Origin: Bacillota bacterium | Lineage (GTDB): Bacteria > Bacillota > Clostridia > Acetivibrionales > DTU013 | Reading direction: 5' to 3' | Length of the DNA: 64,000 bases | NCBI GenBank assembly: GCA_023409735.1 | Contig: JAEYRB010000023.1 | Location: 1,482 to 65,481, forward strand | In this document: positions 48,629 through 57,541 of the stretch, piece by piece | Numbering within the stretch: position 1 is the stretch's first letter | How the letters are laid out: the number at the start of each line of letters is the position of its first letter | Program-made: the position numbers and the translations under genes | Notes under the pieces: generated by a model | What the model was told of the DNA's origin: nothing | The model's input: only the letters and a program-made list of their open reading frames with translations | The model's database searches: none

Positions 48629-49840
48629 ATGGGAAAAGGTCCGCTTACTGGATATAAAATTTTGGATTTGACACAATTCGAATCCGGCACAGTATGCACG
48701 GAAACTCTTGCCTGGCTAGGTGCAGAGGTTTGGAAAGTAGAACGGCCTGTCACAGGAGAATTGGGACGGCACTCTGTCGCCAAGCCCGGTGTGGATACCT
48801 ATGGTTTTTTGATCATGAACATGAACAAGAAATCCATAACATGTAATATGAAGCACCCTGAAGGACTGACGTTGATAAAGCGTCTTCTTGCCATAGCTGA
48901 TGTAGTCGTTGAAAATATGGGTCCCGGCTCCATGGAAAGGCTTGGACTTGACTATGATAGCTGCAAGGCAATTAACCCCCGCATTATCTACGCATCCATC
49001 AAGGGTTTTGCGAGGGATAGCGAATACTGTGATTATCCTGCATTTGATCCCATTGCGACACACACCGGTGGTTTTGTTGCTGCAACAGGTCTGCCCGATC
49101 AACCTATCAAGGCAGGTGTTAGTGTCGCTGATTCCGGTAGCGGTATTACCTGCGCCATGTCTATTATAGCAGCTCTTTTACAGAGGGAACGGGAAGGCAT
49201 CGGTCAACGGATTGATGTGGCTATGCAGGATTTCATAATAGGATTATCCCGCGCAGGATGGGAGCCCTATTATGACAACGGTAAACCACCGCGTAGAGTC
49301 GGAAACGGTATGCCGCTCGAAGACGTTGCTCCGTCCAATACCTACCCCTGCAAACCCTTTGGACCAAACGACTATGTACATATTTACTGTTCCAGGGCGC
49401 CCGGAAGCAAACATTTTTCAAATCTGTGCAAGGCCATTGGACGTGAAGATCTTTTAGAGGATCCACGTTTTGACACACCTCGTTCCCGGTTCGAATACCG
49501 TAATATCCTCGATTCAATTATTTCTGAATGGACAAGCCGTCATACAAAGAAGGAAGCTATGGCCATTATTGCCGGTGCAGATGTTCCTGCAGGCGCAATG
49601 CTGGATGTAGCCGATATTACAAATGATCCCGATTATCAAAAACGTGGTATGATTGTAGAAATTGATCACAAAGAGCTGGGCAAAGTTAAAGTACCTGGTT
49701 TTGCGCCGCGTATGAGCGAAAACCATATCGATTACACATGCTCCCCAATTCTAGGTGATAGCAATGATGAAATTTACAGAAAGCTGCTCGGACTATCTGA
49801 CAGTGAGATAACCAAGCTAAAAGCAGAGAAGATAATTTAG
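48629..49840 (+). CDS. Family III CoA-transferase (CaiB/BaiF/Frc-like)
   Basis: MGKGPLTGYKILDLTQFESGTVCTETLAWLGAEVWKVERP N-terminus and SVADSGSG around the catalytic Asp. About 403 aa from ATG 48629. Confidence 0.85.
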   Translation: MGKGPLTGYKILDLTQFESGTVCTETLAWLGAEVWKVERPVTGELGRHSVAKPGVDTYGFLIMNMNKKSITCNMKHPEGLTLIKRLLAIADVVVENMGPGSMERLGLDYDSCKAINPRIIYASIKGFARDSEYCDYPAFDPIATHTGGFVAATGLPDQPIKAGVSVADSGSGITCAMSIIAALLQREREGIGQRIDVAMQDFIIGLSRAGWEPYYDNGKPPRRVGNGMPLEDVAPSNTYPCKPFGPNDYVHIYCSRAPGSKHFSNLCKAIGREDLLEDPRFDTPRSRFEYRNILDSIISEWTSRHTKKEAMAIIAGADVPAGAMLDVADITNDPDYQKRGMIVEIDHKELGKVKVPGFAPRMSENHIDYTCSPILGDSNDEIYRKLLGLSDSEITKLKAEKII

Positions 49841-49846
49841 TATCAG

Positions 49847-49890
49847 AAATGCACATACAACAGCATTGCTATAGTATGTGCATTTTCATT
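49847..49890 (+). terminator. Intrinsic terminator after the CoA-transferase gene
   Basis: 11-bp perfect stem AAATGCACATA / TATGTGCATTT (49847-49857 and 49875-49885), followed by TTTTCATT. Confidence 0.6.
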
Positions 49891-49995
49891 AATATTCTGG
49901 GTTTTTCAACCTGCCATAAAATTTGTTAATAGCAGTTCCCATATTTTCCAGCTCAACTGGTGAGATATTTCCCCCACCCCTTTTAAGAAAGCACT

Positions 49996-51312
49996 TTATT
50001 TTTTTATCACACGTGTCTCAATGAAATCCTCCACAATTCCTGTCATAGAATCGTGATTCCATTTACGCGGATCCACCGGGTCCGCCTTAAATAGCAACAC
50101 AGGTATTCCTGCGTCCTCTAGCGTTTTTCGGATAAAGAATGACCCTTCTACTGCCTGCATGCAGTTTTCAGGAACCATATATACAACGCCATCAACACGA
50201 TTGTGGCGGGCTTCCTTTAAAAACCACTGTGAATTCCATGGTGGCATATGCAGAAAATCTTCCATTCCGATATATCTGGCAGCGAGGGCACGCAGCGGAT
50301 CTTGTTCTACATGGTAACGGCGATAAGCATCCGCACCCATTGCAAGATATATACTCCACATAAAGACCGCACCATATTTATCCTCAAAATTCTGATAGAA
50401 GCTGAAATCATGCCACAGGCCTCTCCCCAGCCACATTAGGCGATATTTCTCATTAGGAACCGCAACATCGCCCCGTTTCTGTTTTTCTGCGACCTCTTCA
50501 TACAACCGCCTTGCGTGATCTGCAGCCCAGCGTGTACCACGCTGCCACTGTGCCGGCATAACAGCGTTTATAGTATCCACCACAGTAACAGGAACAGGAC
50601 TGCTGCCAGCAATCAGGTCACGGATTTTACCATACCATGTTTCCTGCTCGTTAATGTTGTCCATGACTTCTTGCAGACGGTTAATGTCGAACATTTTCCC
50701 TGTCTTCATTTCAAGGAAGCGTATCAGTTCTCTTAATTCTTCAACGGCTGTGTCCAAACGATCAGTATCGTAAAGGCTTTCCCAGTCATAGGGAGCCAGT
50801 TCCCACCATTTCAGCGGAGTCTTTCTTGCAACGGTGTTTTCCATAGCATAGAAGTCCGCATTGTGTTTTTTTGCAAAAAGCTCAAAAATTTTCCCTTGAC
50901 AGTCACAAGTCAGACGCGTAATGGCAATTGTGGGATTCGGCAGCCCGCCCCATGGGCCAAGTGGATTGCCCTCAGCATCAAAACTGTGATCTTCGGGATC
51001 AAGACTTTCAGCAAAAGCTGTAGCACAGTAGCTGCAAAGATCATCTCTGTAACCAGCCTGTCTGAGTAAGCCAAAATACTTGGCGGTCATACGCTTTGCA
51101 CCGCAAATAGCCGCCCACCACTGGTTTACAACAAACGGAATGTCCATAGCCCGCAGAATCTCCATTGGAACATCGGCATTGAGATATCCAAAGTCTTCGC
51201 CTGCTTCCACTCTTGCCTTCAGACCCTGAAACCACTCCTTCTGATAAGCGCTGGCCTCGGCAGTGGCATGGAGCCTTTTCTTCGCTCCGGATTTTATCAC
51301 TTGTTCAGTCAT
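49996..51312 (-). CDS. 2-hydroxyacyl-CoA dehydratase / benzoyl-CoA reductase (HgdB/BcrB-BadE) family subunit
   Basis: 438 aa. The N-terminal region VPMEILRAMDIPFVVNQWW and Cys-containing DDLCSYC and LTCDCQGK are typical of this family. Confidence 0.8.
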   Translation of the reverse strand: MTEQVIKSGAKKRLHATAEASAYQKEWFQGLKARVEAGEDFGYLNADVPMEILRAMDIPFVVNQWWAAICGAKRMTAKYFGLLRQAGYRDDLCSYCATAFAESLDPEDHSFDAEGNPLGPWGGLPNPTIAITRLTCDCQGKIFELFAKKHNADFYAMENTVARKTPLKWWELAPYDWESLYDTDRLDTAVEELRELIRFLEMKTGKMFDINRLQEVMDNINEQETWYGKIRDLIAGSSPVPVTVVDTINAVMPAQWQRGTRWAADHARRLYEEVAEKQKRGDVAVPNEKYRLMWLGRGLWHDFSFYQNFEDKYGAVFMWSIYLAMGADAYRRYHVEQDPLRALAARYIGMEDFLHMPPWNSQWFLKEARHNRVDGVVYMVPENCMQAVEGSFFIRKTLEDAGIPVLLFKADPVDPRKWNHDSMTGIVEDFIETRVIKK

Positions 51313-51315
51313 GCC

Positions 51316-52476
51316 TCATTCCTCCTTCAATTCTTGAATAAACTGCTCAATGGCAGCATCTAAGCCTATATTGCTGCAAACAGGATACTGCATTTTAGAA
51401 AAAGCCATTGTCCTGATTCCGGTAGCCTCCAATGCAGCCTTCTGCGTTGGGTAATCCCAGCTTGCCGCATCCTCATAAATATTTGTATAGAAAATTACAG
51501 CCTGTGCTTTTGTAGCAATTGCCTCACTGCTAAGGGCCTCCACGCGCTGAGAGACAAATGCTTTCTTTGAACTGAACAACCGTAGCATATATCTGTCCAC
51601 AATACTACGTACCACAGGATAATCAGGATTGCAGTCCCTGTTATAGAACCGGTCTCCCCAATCATGATCTTCGCCCACGACTACTGCACCGGCATCTTCA
51701 ATCTTATCATACAGCTCTGTGCTTTCCTGCGAACTGCCGGTAACGAAAATACGAGGGCCTTTCAGAACAGGCCAACCTGCAGCCGCCCTCGTTATAGATC
51801 TCACCAGATTTGTATGCTTTTCCCTATCCATGAAAAACGCCGAGCCTATGATGACCAGCGCCTCGCTGCCGCTGATGCGGACCTCGGAGCCTCTGCGAAG
51901 AGCTGCCATCTCACGGAGAGCCTGGCGGTTTTGGTTGCATACATGTATAGCATTCATTATATCCTCATCCGAAATCATATGTCCGCACCACTCCTCCAAC
52001 TGCTCGCGGAACAATGCGACAACCTGTTCATTGCGATCCTGATGCATTCTGTTGCGCGTAAAAAGCCAATCAAGGAATATCAACGGCGGTAAATCCTCTA
52101 GATTGATCCGCACAATTTCACGAAGATACAAAAATACACGGATAAGTACATCAGTTGAATTTGAAATAGCAAGAAAGTCTGCCTGTTTTTTATATGTACC
52201 ATCAACGACTTTTTCAAATTGTTTCCGTACTACCGGATCAAAAGCAAACTCAAGATAGGTATCGGTTTTCCGCAGCTGCTTCTCCGGGTCAGCAAAAACC
52301 TGTAGAGGAAACATTCCCGCTGCTATAATCAGCTCATCCGGTACATCAAAGCCAAGTTTTGCAACGACCTTTTTACCCGCCGCCCGAGATGAAAGCGCAT
52401 CTCTTTCACGATTACAATAAATATCCATAAGCTGCGCAAATGCCGTAGCTTGCATGGCACATTCACGAATGCCCAT
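51316..52476 (-). CDS. 2-hydroxyacyl-CoA dehydratase family subunit (second component)
   Basis: 386 aa with VPDELIIAAGMFPLQVF. Its stop is 3 nt upstream of the partner subunit's start codon. GGAGG RBS. Confidence 0.75.
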   Translation of the reverse strand: MGIRECAMQATAFAQLMDIYCNRERDALSSRAAGKKVVAKLGFDVPDELIIAAGMFPLQVFADPEKQLRKTDTYLEFAFDPVVRKQFEKVVDGTYKKQADFLAISNSTDVLIRVFLYLREIVRINLEDLPPLIFLDWLFTRNRMHQDRNEQVVALFREQLEEWCGHMISDEDIMNAIHVCNQNRQALREMAALRRGSEVRISGSEALVIIGSAFFMDREKHTNLVRSITRAAAGWPVLKGPRIFVTGSSQESTELYDKIEDAGAVVVGEDHDWGDRFYNRDCNPDYPVVRSIVDRYMLRLFSSKKAFVSQRVEALSSEAIATKAQAVIFYTNIYEDAASWDYPTQKAALEATGIRTMAFSKMQYPVCSNIGLDAAIEQFIQELKEE

Positions 52477-52776
52477 AAAAATACCTCCTGGAGCTATTTT
52501 GTAAAGATATTTTAATTATAATGCCGCGAAAAATCAGTAACCATGTTAAGGACTCCTATATTTGATGATTTTCAATGTGCAGTTAGCACATACTTTCATG
52601 AGCTTTTAATATAGCGAAGTACTTAGTCTTCTCTATAAACAAGGTAATTCAACTATTGTAAGGCAGTGATATAGTGAATAATGTTTTATATTTGCAGCAT
52701 AAAACAACTTACTATAGAAAAGCAGAAGTCCATATAATATACTATTTATAAAAGTCAACATTAGAAGGAGCTTATA

Positions 52777-53586
52777 ATGTCTTACAAACTAGTGGCTGCA
52801 GACATGGATGGAACATTGCTTGACAGTAATGGTAACATCACAGTAAAGACAATAGCTGCAATAAAAAGAGCAGCTGAAAGGAATGTGATTTTCACTGTCA
52901 GCACCGGCAGACCAATTCAGGGTGTAGAGAAATACAACCATGCCCTCAGTCTTGATGTCCCTTTTATAACATACAATGGCGCCATGATAGTCATGGGCAG
53001 ATCAAAAGAAATTATATATCAACAAAATGTTGAGTCTGAGGATGCACGAAGAGTTCTGAGAATAGCCAGAGAATTAGGAACCACATTTATCGTATGGTCA
53101 AATAACCAGCTCTATGCGAACGTGCTTAACGAGCAGGTACATAATTATAAAAAGCTTTCAGCTGTTGAACCAATTGAGATCGAAGATGACGAAATGCTTA
53201 TAAAACAGGGTATTACAAAGATACTTTGGATCAACAGCGCTGAAACACTGATCCATTATCAAGATTTCTTGAAGGATAAGCTGCCTGACTCTATCAGTTA
53301 TTACACGTCAAAGCCCATCTACCTGGAATTCGTAGACAGCAGAGTATCCAAAGCCACTGCAATGAAAAGACTGGGAGAGTATTTTGGTATAAGCCGTGAA
53401 GAAATGATAGCAGTAGGCGACGGCTACAATGATCTTTCAATGATCGAATATGCCGGCCTTGGTGTCGCCATGGAAAACGCACCTGATGAAATCAAGGCAA
53501 AGGCCGACTTTGTTACACTGTCAAATGACAATGATGGGATAGCATACTTGCTTGAGAAATTTGTATTATCAGAAGAAAAGGAATAG
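52777..53586 (+). CDS. Cof-type HAD-IIB family hydrolase
   Basis: DMDGTLL motif I, GDGYNDLSM motif IV, and a cap domain between them. 269 aa. Confidence 0.9.
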   Translation: MSYKLVAADMDGTLLDSNGNITVKTIAAIKRAAERNVIFTVSTGRPIQGVEKYNHALSLDVPFITYNGAMIVMGRSKEIIYQQNVESEDARRVLRIARELGTTFIVWSNNQLYANVLNEQVHNYKKLSAVEPIEIEDDEMLIKQGITKILWINSAETLIHYQDFLKDKLPDSISYYTSKPIYLEFVDSRVSKATAMKRLGEYFGISREEMIAVGDGYNDLSMIEYAGLGVAMENAPDEIKAKADFVTLSNDNDGIAYLLEKFVLSEEKE

Positions 53587-53722
53587 AACCATCGCCTTAC
53601 TTTGCTGGCATGCTGTACCAATTCTTTTAATGAAGGCCTTTACGATTTTTCATAGTTAGGCAAGCCCTGGCACTTGTGCCTCATTCCGGAAATAGGGCTT
53701 GCCGCAGATTAAACAAATATCC

Positions 53723-54466
53723 TTACTTTTTTGTTGCCAGTAGTCGAAGAAAAGTAATATTTCTACCATTATCAACTTCCATACCCTTTGCTTCGTCCGG
53801 ATCAAGAATCCATATGAAATCACGCCATATTTTAGCGCCTTCTTTATTCTCGAATGCATCAATAATATTTATATCAATTGACTTTGCTTTTTCCCATAAA
53901 TTACGCCACCAAGCAGGGGAATGGTAGGAATCAAAATCGGGATGCCAATATGGTTTTAGGTATTCCGGTGGTTCGGTTAATTCATTAAAAAGTCCCGGGT
54001 TTACAATGGCAATTTGTCCGCCTGGTTTAACAACGCGAGCCAAATGTGCATCAACAAAGTTCTCATCCGATCCGTAAGACCATATAGAATTAATGCTAAT
54101 CACAGCGTCAAAAAATTCATCAGCAAAAGGCATCTCTAAAGCATTACCATGAATAGGGAATACTGAATCGTGCACACCGGCTTCCCTGATGCGTTTCCAA
54201 TTATCATTTGCTCCAATCCATAAATCATATGCACAGACTTCTGCATTAAATTCTTTTGCCAAGAAAATTGAACTTATTGCTTTACCGCACCCAAGGTCTA
54301 ATATTCGCATACCAGGTCTTAAATTCATACTTTGTGTCAGTGCTTCGGTTAACCAAAGGCAATGAGAACCCATCTGATTGTTAATGATCCAGTAAGGATC
54401 ATACTTTGAAGACAAGGGGTATAAAGGGTTTTTCATTTTATCATCAATACGATTTGACAAACTCAT
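53723..54466 (-). CDS. Class I SAM-dependent methyltransferase
   Basis: ILDLGCGKA motif I. GGGAG lies 8 nt before ATG 54466; the track ORF extends to 54568. Confidence 0.8.
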   Translation of the reverse strand: MSLSNRIDDKMKNPLYPLSSKYDPYWIINNQMGSHCLWLTEALTQSMNLRPGMRILDLGCGKAISSIFLAKEFNAEVCAYDLWIGANDNWKRIREAGVHDSVFPIHGNALEMPFADEFFDAVISINSIWSYGSDENFVDAHLARVVKPGGQIAIVNPGLFNELTEPPEYLKPYWHPDFDSYHSPAWWRNLWEKAKSIDINIIDAFENKEGAKIWRDFIWILDPDEAKGMEVDNGRNITFLRLLATKK

Positions 54467-54677
54467 AAGTAATTCTCCCTTTTTATTCTTAATTATCACA
54501 ATATGCTTTGTATTTTTGTTATCAGAAGCTCCCATATTGGTATCTTTTTTATGGAGTATCCTTCCCAATTACAATATCACATACATCTTCCGTTGCTCTA
54601 TATAGCAATTTTACAAATTAAGGAATATTTTGTCAACATGCTGTGTAAACAATAGATATGAAATGCATAGGGAAATA

Positions 54678-55376
54678 CTATTCAAACTCTCGGAACCCCA
54701 TTTTTAGCCAGGCATCACGTGTTATGGTATTCTGGGCCTGAAGGCTGTTGTCACGCTGAAAGCTGTGAACTGCTTTTTTAAGCCCGTCCTCATAAATTCC
54801 ATCCAGTTCTCCAGTATAGTATCCAAGCTGCTTAAGTCTTCTTTGTATTGCAAGTACGTCCGCTCCCCTATCACCGGGGATTATTTCATCAAAGCCTCTG
54901 CCGAACGGTCCGAACTGCCCGTTGACAATGGCTACATCAGTTCCTATAGGCACTATATCATAAAGCTCCGCCACATCCTCATTGTACATCCTGATGCAGC
55001 CACCGCTTGCAGCAGAGCCTATAGAGCTATCGTATATAGTTCCATGTATTCCATAAGTCCCCCAGGGTACGTCAAGGCCTAGCCATCGCCCGCCGAAGCC
55101 CTCCCCCCAATCTCCCTTTTCAATTATGGTCCAGCATCCCAGGGGAGATGGATATCCGGATTTACCGGAAGCTATAGGATACTCCTTAATACACTTTCCA
55201 TTTTCCAAAAGATACAGCGTTTTATCTTCTATTTCAATGAATATGCTATACACCTTTTTATCATAATCAGCATAATTATTTGATATAGGATAGCTTGAAT
55301 CAACTATTATTTGTGTTATTGATAATGACAACAGCACAGATAAAAAAACAACGATAGAAAACCTTGCCCTACTCAC
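54678..55376 (-). CDS. L,D-transpeptidase (YkuD) with a C-terminal peptidoglycan-binding domain
   Basis: IHGT...SGGCIRM catalytic motif and a PG_binding_1-like QRRLKQLGYYTGELDGIY. N-terminal signal/anchor. GTG start with GGAGG RBS. Confidence 0.85.
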   Translation of the reverse strand: MSRARFSIVVFLSVLLSLSITQIIVDSSYPISNNYADYDKKVYSIFIEIEDKTLYLLENGKCIKEYPIASGKSGYPSPLGCWTIIEKGDWGEGFGGRWLGLDVPWGTYGIHGTIYDSSIGSAASGGCIRMYNEDVAELYDIVPIGTDVAIVNGQFGPFGRGFDEIIPGDRGADVLAIQRRLKQLGYYTGELDGIYEDGLKKAVHSFQRDNSLQAQNTITRDAWLKMGFREFE

Positions 55377-55417
55377 AACAACACCTCCGCAAGATATTTA
55401 TATGCAGAGGTGTTGTT
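55377..55417 (-). promoter_or_regulatory. Stem-loop whose 3' arm contains the L,D-transpeptidase Shine-Dalgarno sequence
   Basis: The minus strand reads AACAACACCTC-19 nt-GAGGTGTTGTT (11-bp perfect stem). The 3' arm ends immediately at the GTG start (55376). Confidence 0.45.
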
Positions 55418-55588
55418 TCAAATCAACAATATTACTAAATAAAAATTAATATATATGAAAGAAATTGAGTAAGCCATCCATTGTGAATATCAGAATTATC
55501 TCCAATAGTGCATTGGTAATCAATTATTGTACCGCTATTAATATTTTTATATATTTACACTCGAATATTACTCAAAGGAAACCTGCTT

Positions 55589-55900
55589 CTATCCAAGTTT
55601 TATTTCAAATTTATCAAACCATACCTTATCCATAAATTGCTCTGAAGTGAAAAATGTCTTTCTGAAAATAGCCAGCTCACGGGTATTTTTCTTAAGCCAA
55701 AGCGGAACAGGTATATCCATCTGCTTACAAAGATCGATAAGGCACTTTTCCAGCTTATCCCTGAAGCTATGCTCCTCAGCGCTGTCTTCTGCTGAATCCT
55801 CTTTTACAAGCTTGTTGTTTACATAAAGCTTACCGTCCAGTTTCATATATATCACCCTTTTTCGGCTATCATAAATACCCATTTCAAATTGATACAGCAT
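55589..55900 (-). CDS. Hypothetical protein (103 aa)
   Basis: ORF downstream of cimA. No motif recognised, and start and function are unknown. Confidence 0.4.
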   Translation of the reverse strand: MLYQFEMGIYDSRKRVIYMKLDGKLYVNNKLVKEDSAEDSAEEHSFRDKLEKCLIDLCKQMDIPVPLWLKKNTRELAIFRKTFFTSEQFMDKVWFDKFEIKLG

Positions 55901-55978
55901 TTTAATGAGGTTAGTCGTATGTCATTCATACGACCAACCTCACTATATTATCTCCGAACTCGCTGTTCCTGTAAAGTA

Positions 55979-57541
55979 TTATCTTCCAAGCTTGTATTCA
56001 ATTGAGTCGACCAATGCCCTCCAGCTTGCATCTATTATGTCGGTGGATACTCCAATGGTAGTCCAGACCTCGCTGCCATCAGTGGATTCTATAAGGACCC
56101 TTACCTTTGCCGCTGTAGCTGATGTTGAATCAAGCACCCTAACCTTGTAGTCGGTCAGCTTCATTTCCGAAATTATAGGATAGAAACGAGCAAGCGCCTT
56201 TCTAAGGGCATTATCCAGAGCATTGACCGGTCCATCGCCTTCAGCCGCAGTTATTTCCTCCTCATTTCCCACCTTTACCTTAATGAGTGCCGACGAATTC
56301 TTCTCGCTGGAGGATATAGTGGGCTCATTAACGATAACCTTGAAATCCTTGAGCTCAAAATATGGGTGATACTTACCCAGCACCTTCTTAATAATAAGCT
56401 CGAAGGAGCTTTCAGCGCCTTCATACTGATAGCCCTCGTGTTCCATTTCTTTAAGTTTTTCAAGGACCCTCATTGTTTCAGTAGAATCCTTGGTAACAGA
56501 TGGATCAATTTTGTTAATAATATTAAGAACAGCGCTTCTTCCAGCAACCTCAGACATGAGAAAAATACGCCCGTTACCCACTGCCTTAGGATCAACCATC
56601 TCATATGCAGAACTATTCTTCACAACCGCATCAGCATGCATCCCGGCCTTGTGCGCAAACGCTGCCCGCCCTACATATGGCGCCCTTTCATCAAAAACCA
56701 CATTTGATATTTCACTTATGGATCTGGCAACAGAGGTAATATGCTGCATACTCATTTCCGGAATACAACTGTAACCCATATGCAGCTGCAAATTTGGTAT
56801 GATAGTACAAAGGTTGGCATTACCACATCTTTCACCAAGGCCGTTTATCGTTCCCTGTACCTGTACAGCTCCGGCCTGTACAGCCATAATAGTACCCGCA
56901 ACAGCCATTCCATTGTCATTATGACAGTGGATCCCGATTGGTATGTCAATTAATTCTACGACCTCTTTTGTTATATTATATATATCCAATGGCATAGAGC
57001 TTCCCTTTGTATCACAAAGACATATACTGTCAGCCCCGGCTTGCCTTGCCGCTTCCAAAGTCTCCATGGCATATTCTCTGTTTTCTCTGAACCCATCAAA
57101 GAAATGCTCTGCATCATAAACAACTTCTCTTCCCATCTTCTTAAAGTAGCTGATCGTATCAGCGATCATGCTGATATTTTCATTCAAGGTGGTCTTGAGA
57201 ATATCTATGACCTGAAAATCCCACGACTTGCCGAATATAACCACAGCCTCGGTGCCAGCGGCCAGAAGAGAACGAACATTAGCATCCTCCTCGACGGGTA
57301 TACCAACTCTTCTGGTACTTCCGAAGGCAATGATTTTTGAGGTTTGCAGCTTAAGCTTTCCTACTCTTTCAAAAAACTCCAGTTCCTTTGGATTTGATGT
57401 TGGATTTCCTGCTTCAATGTATGAAATTCCAAGAGCATCAAGCTTTTTAACAACCTTAAGCTTATCCTCAACAGTGTATGAAATGCCCTGTGCCTGCGCT
57501 CCGTCTCTGAGAGTGGAATCCAATACAATTATCTTTTTCAT
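55979..57541 (-). CDS. cimA: Citramalate synthase (CimA-type member of the LeuA/HCS family)
   Basis: N-terminus VLDSTLRDGAQAQGISYTVEDKLKVVKKLDALGISYIEAGNPTSNPKELEFF (the GAQ variant typical of CimA). C-terminal LeuA-dimer regulatory domain. ATGA overlap with leuA. Confidence 0.8.
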   Translation of the reverse strand: MKKIIVLDSTLRDGAQAQGISYTVEDKLKVVKKLDALGISYIEAGNPTSNPKELEFFERVGKLKLQTSKIIAFGSTRRVGIPVEEDANVRSLLAAGTEAVVIFGKSWDFQVIDILKTTLNENISMIADTISYFKKMGREVVYDAEHFFDGFRENREYAMETLEAARQAGADSICLCDTKGSSMPLDIYNITKEVVELIDIPIGIHCHNDNGMAVAGTIMAVQAGAVQVQGTINGLGERCGNANLCTIIPNLQLHMGYSCIPEMSMQHITSVARSISEISNVVFDERAPYVGRAAFAHKAGMHADAVVKNSSAYEMVDPKAVGNGRIFLMSEVAGRSAVLNIINKIDPSVTKDSTETMRVLEKLKEMEHEGYQYEGAESSFELIIKKVLGKYHPYFELKDFKVIVNEPTISSSEKNSSALIKVKVGNEEEITAAEGDGPVNALDNALRKALARFYPIISEMKLTDYKVRVLDSTSATAAKVRVLIESTDGSEVWTTIGVSTDIIDASWRALVDSIEYKLGR

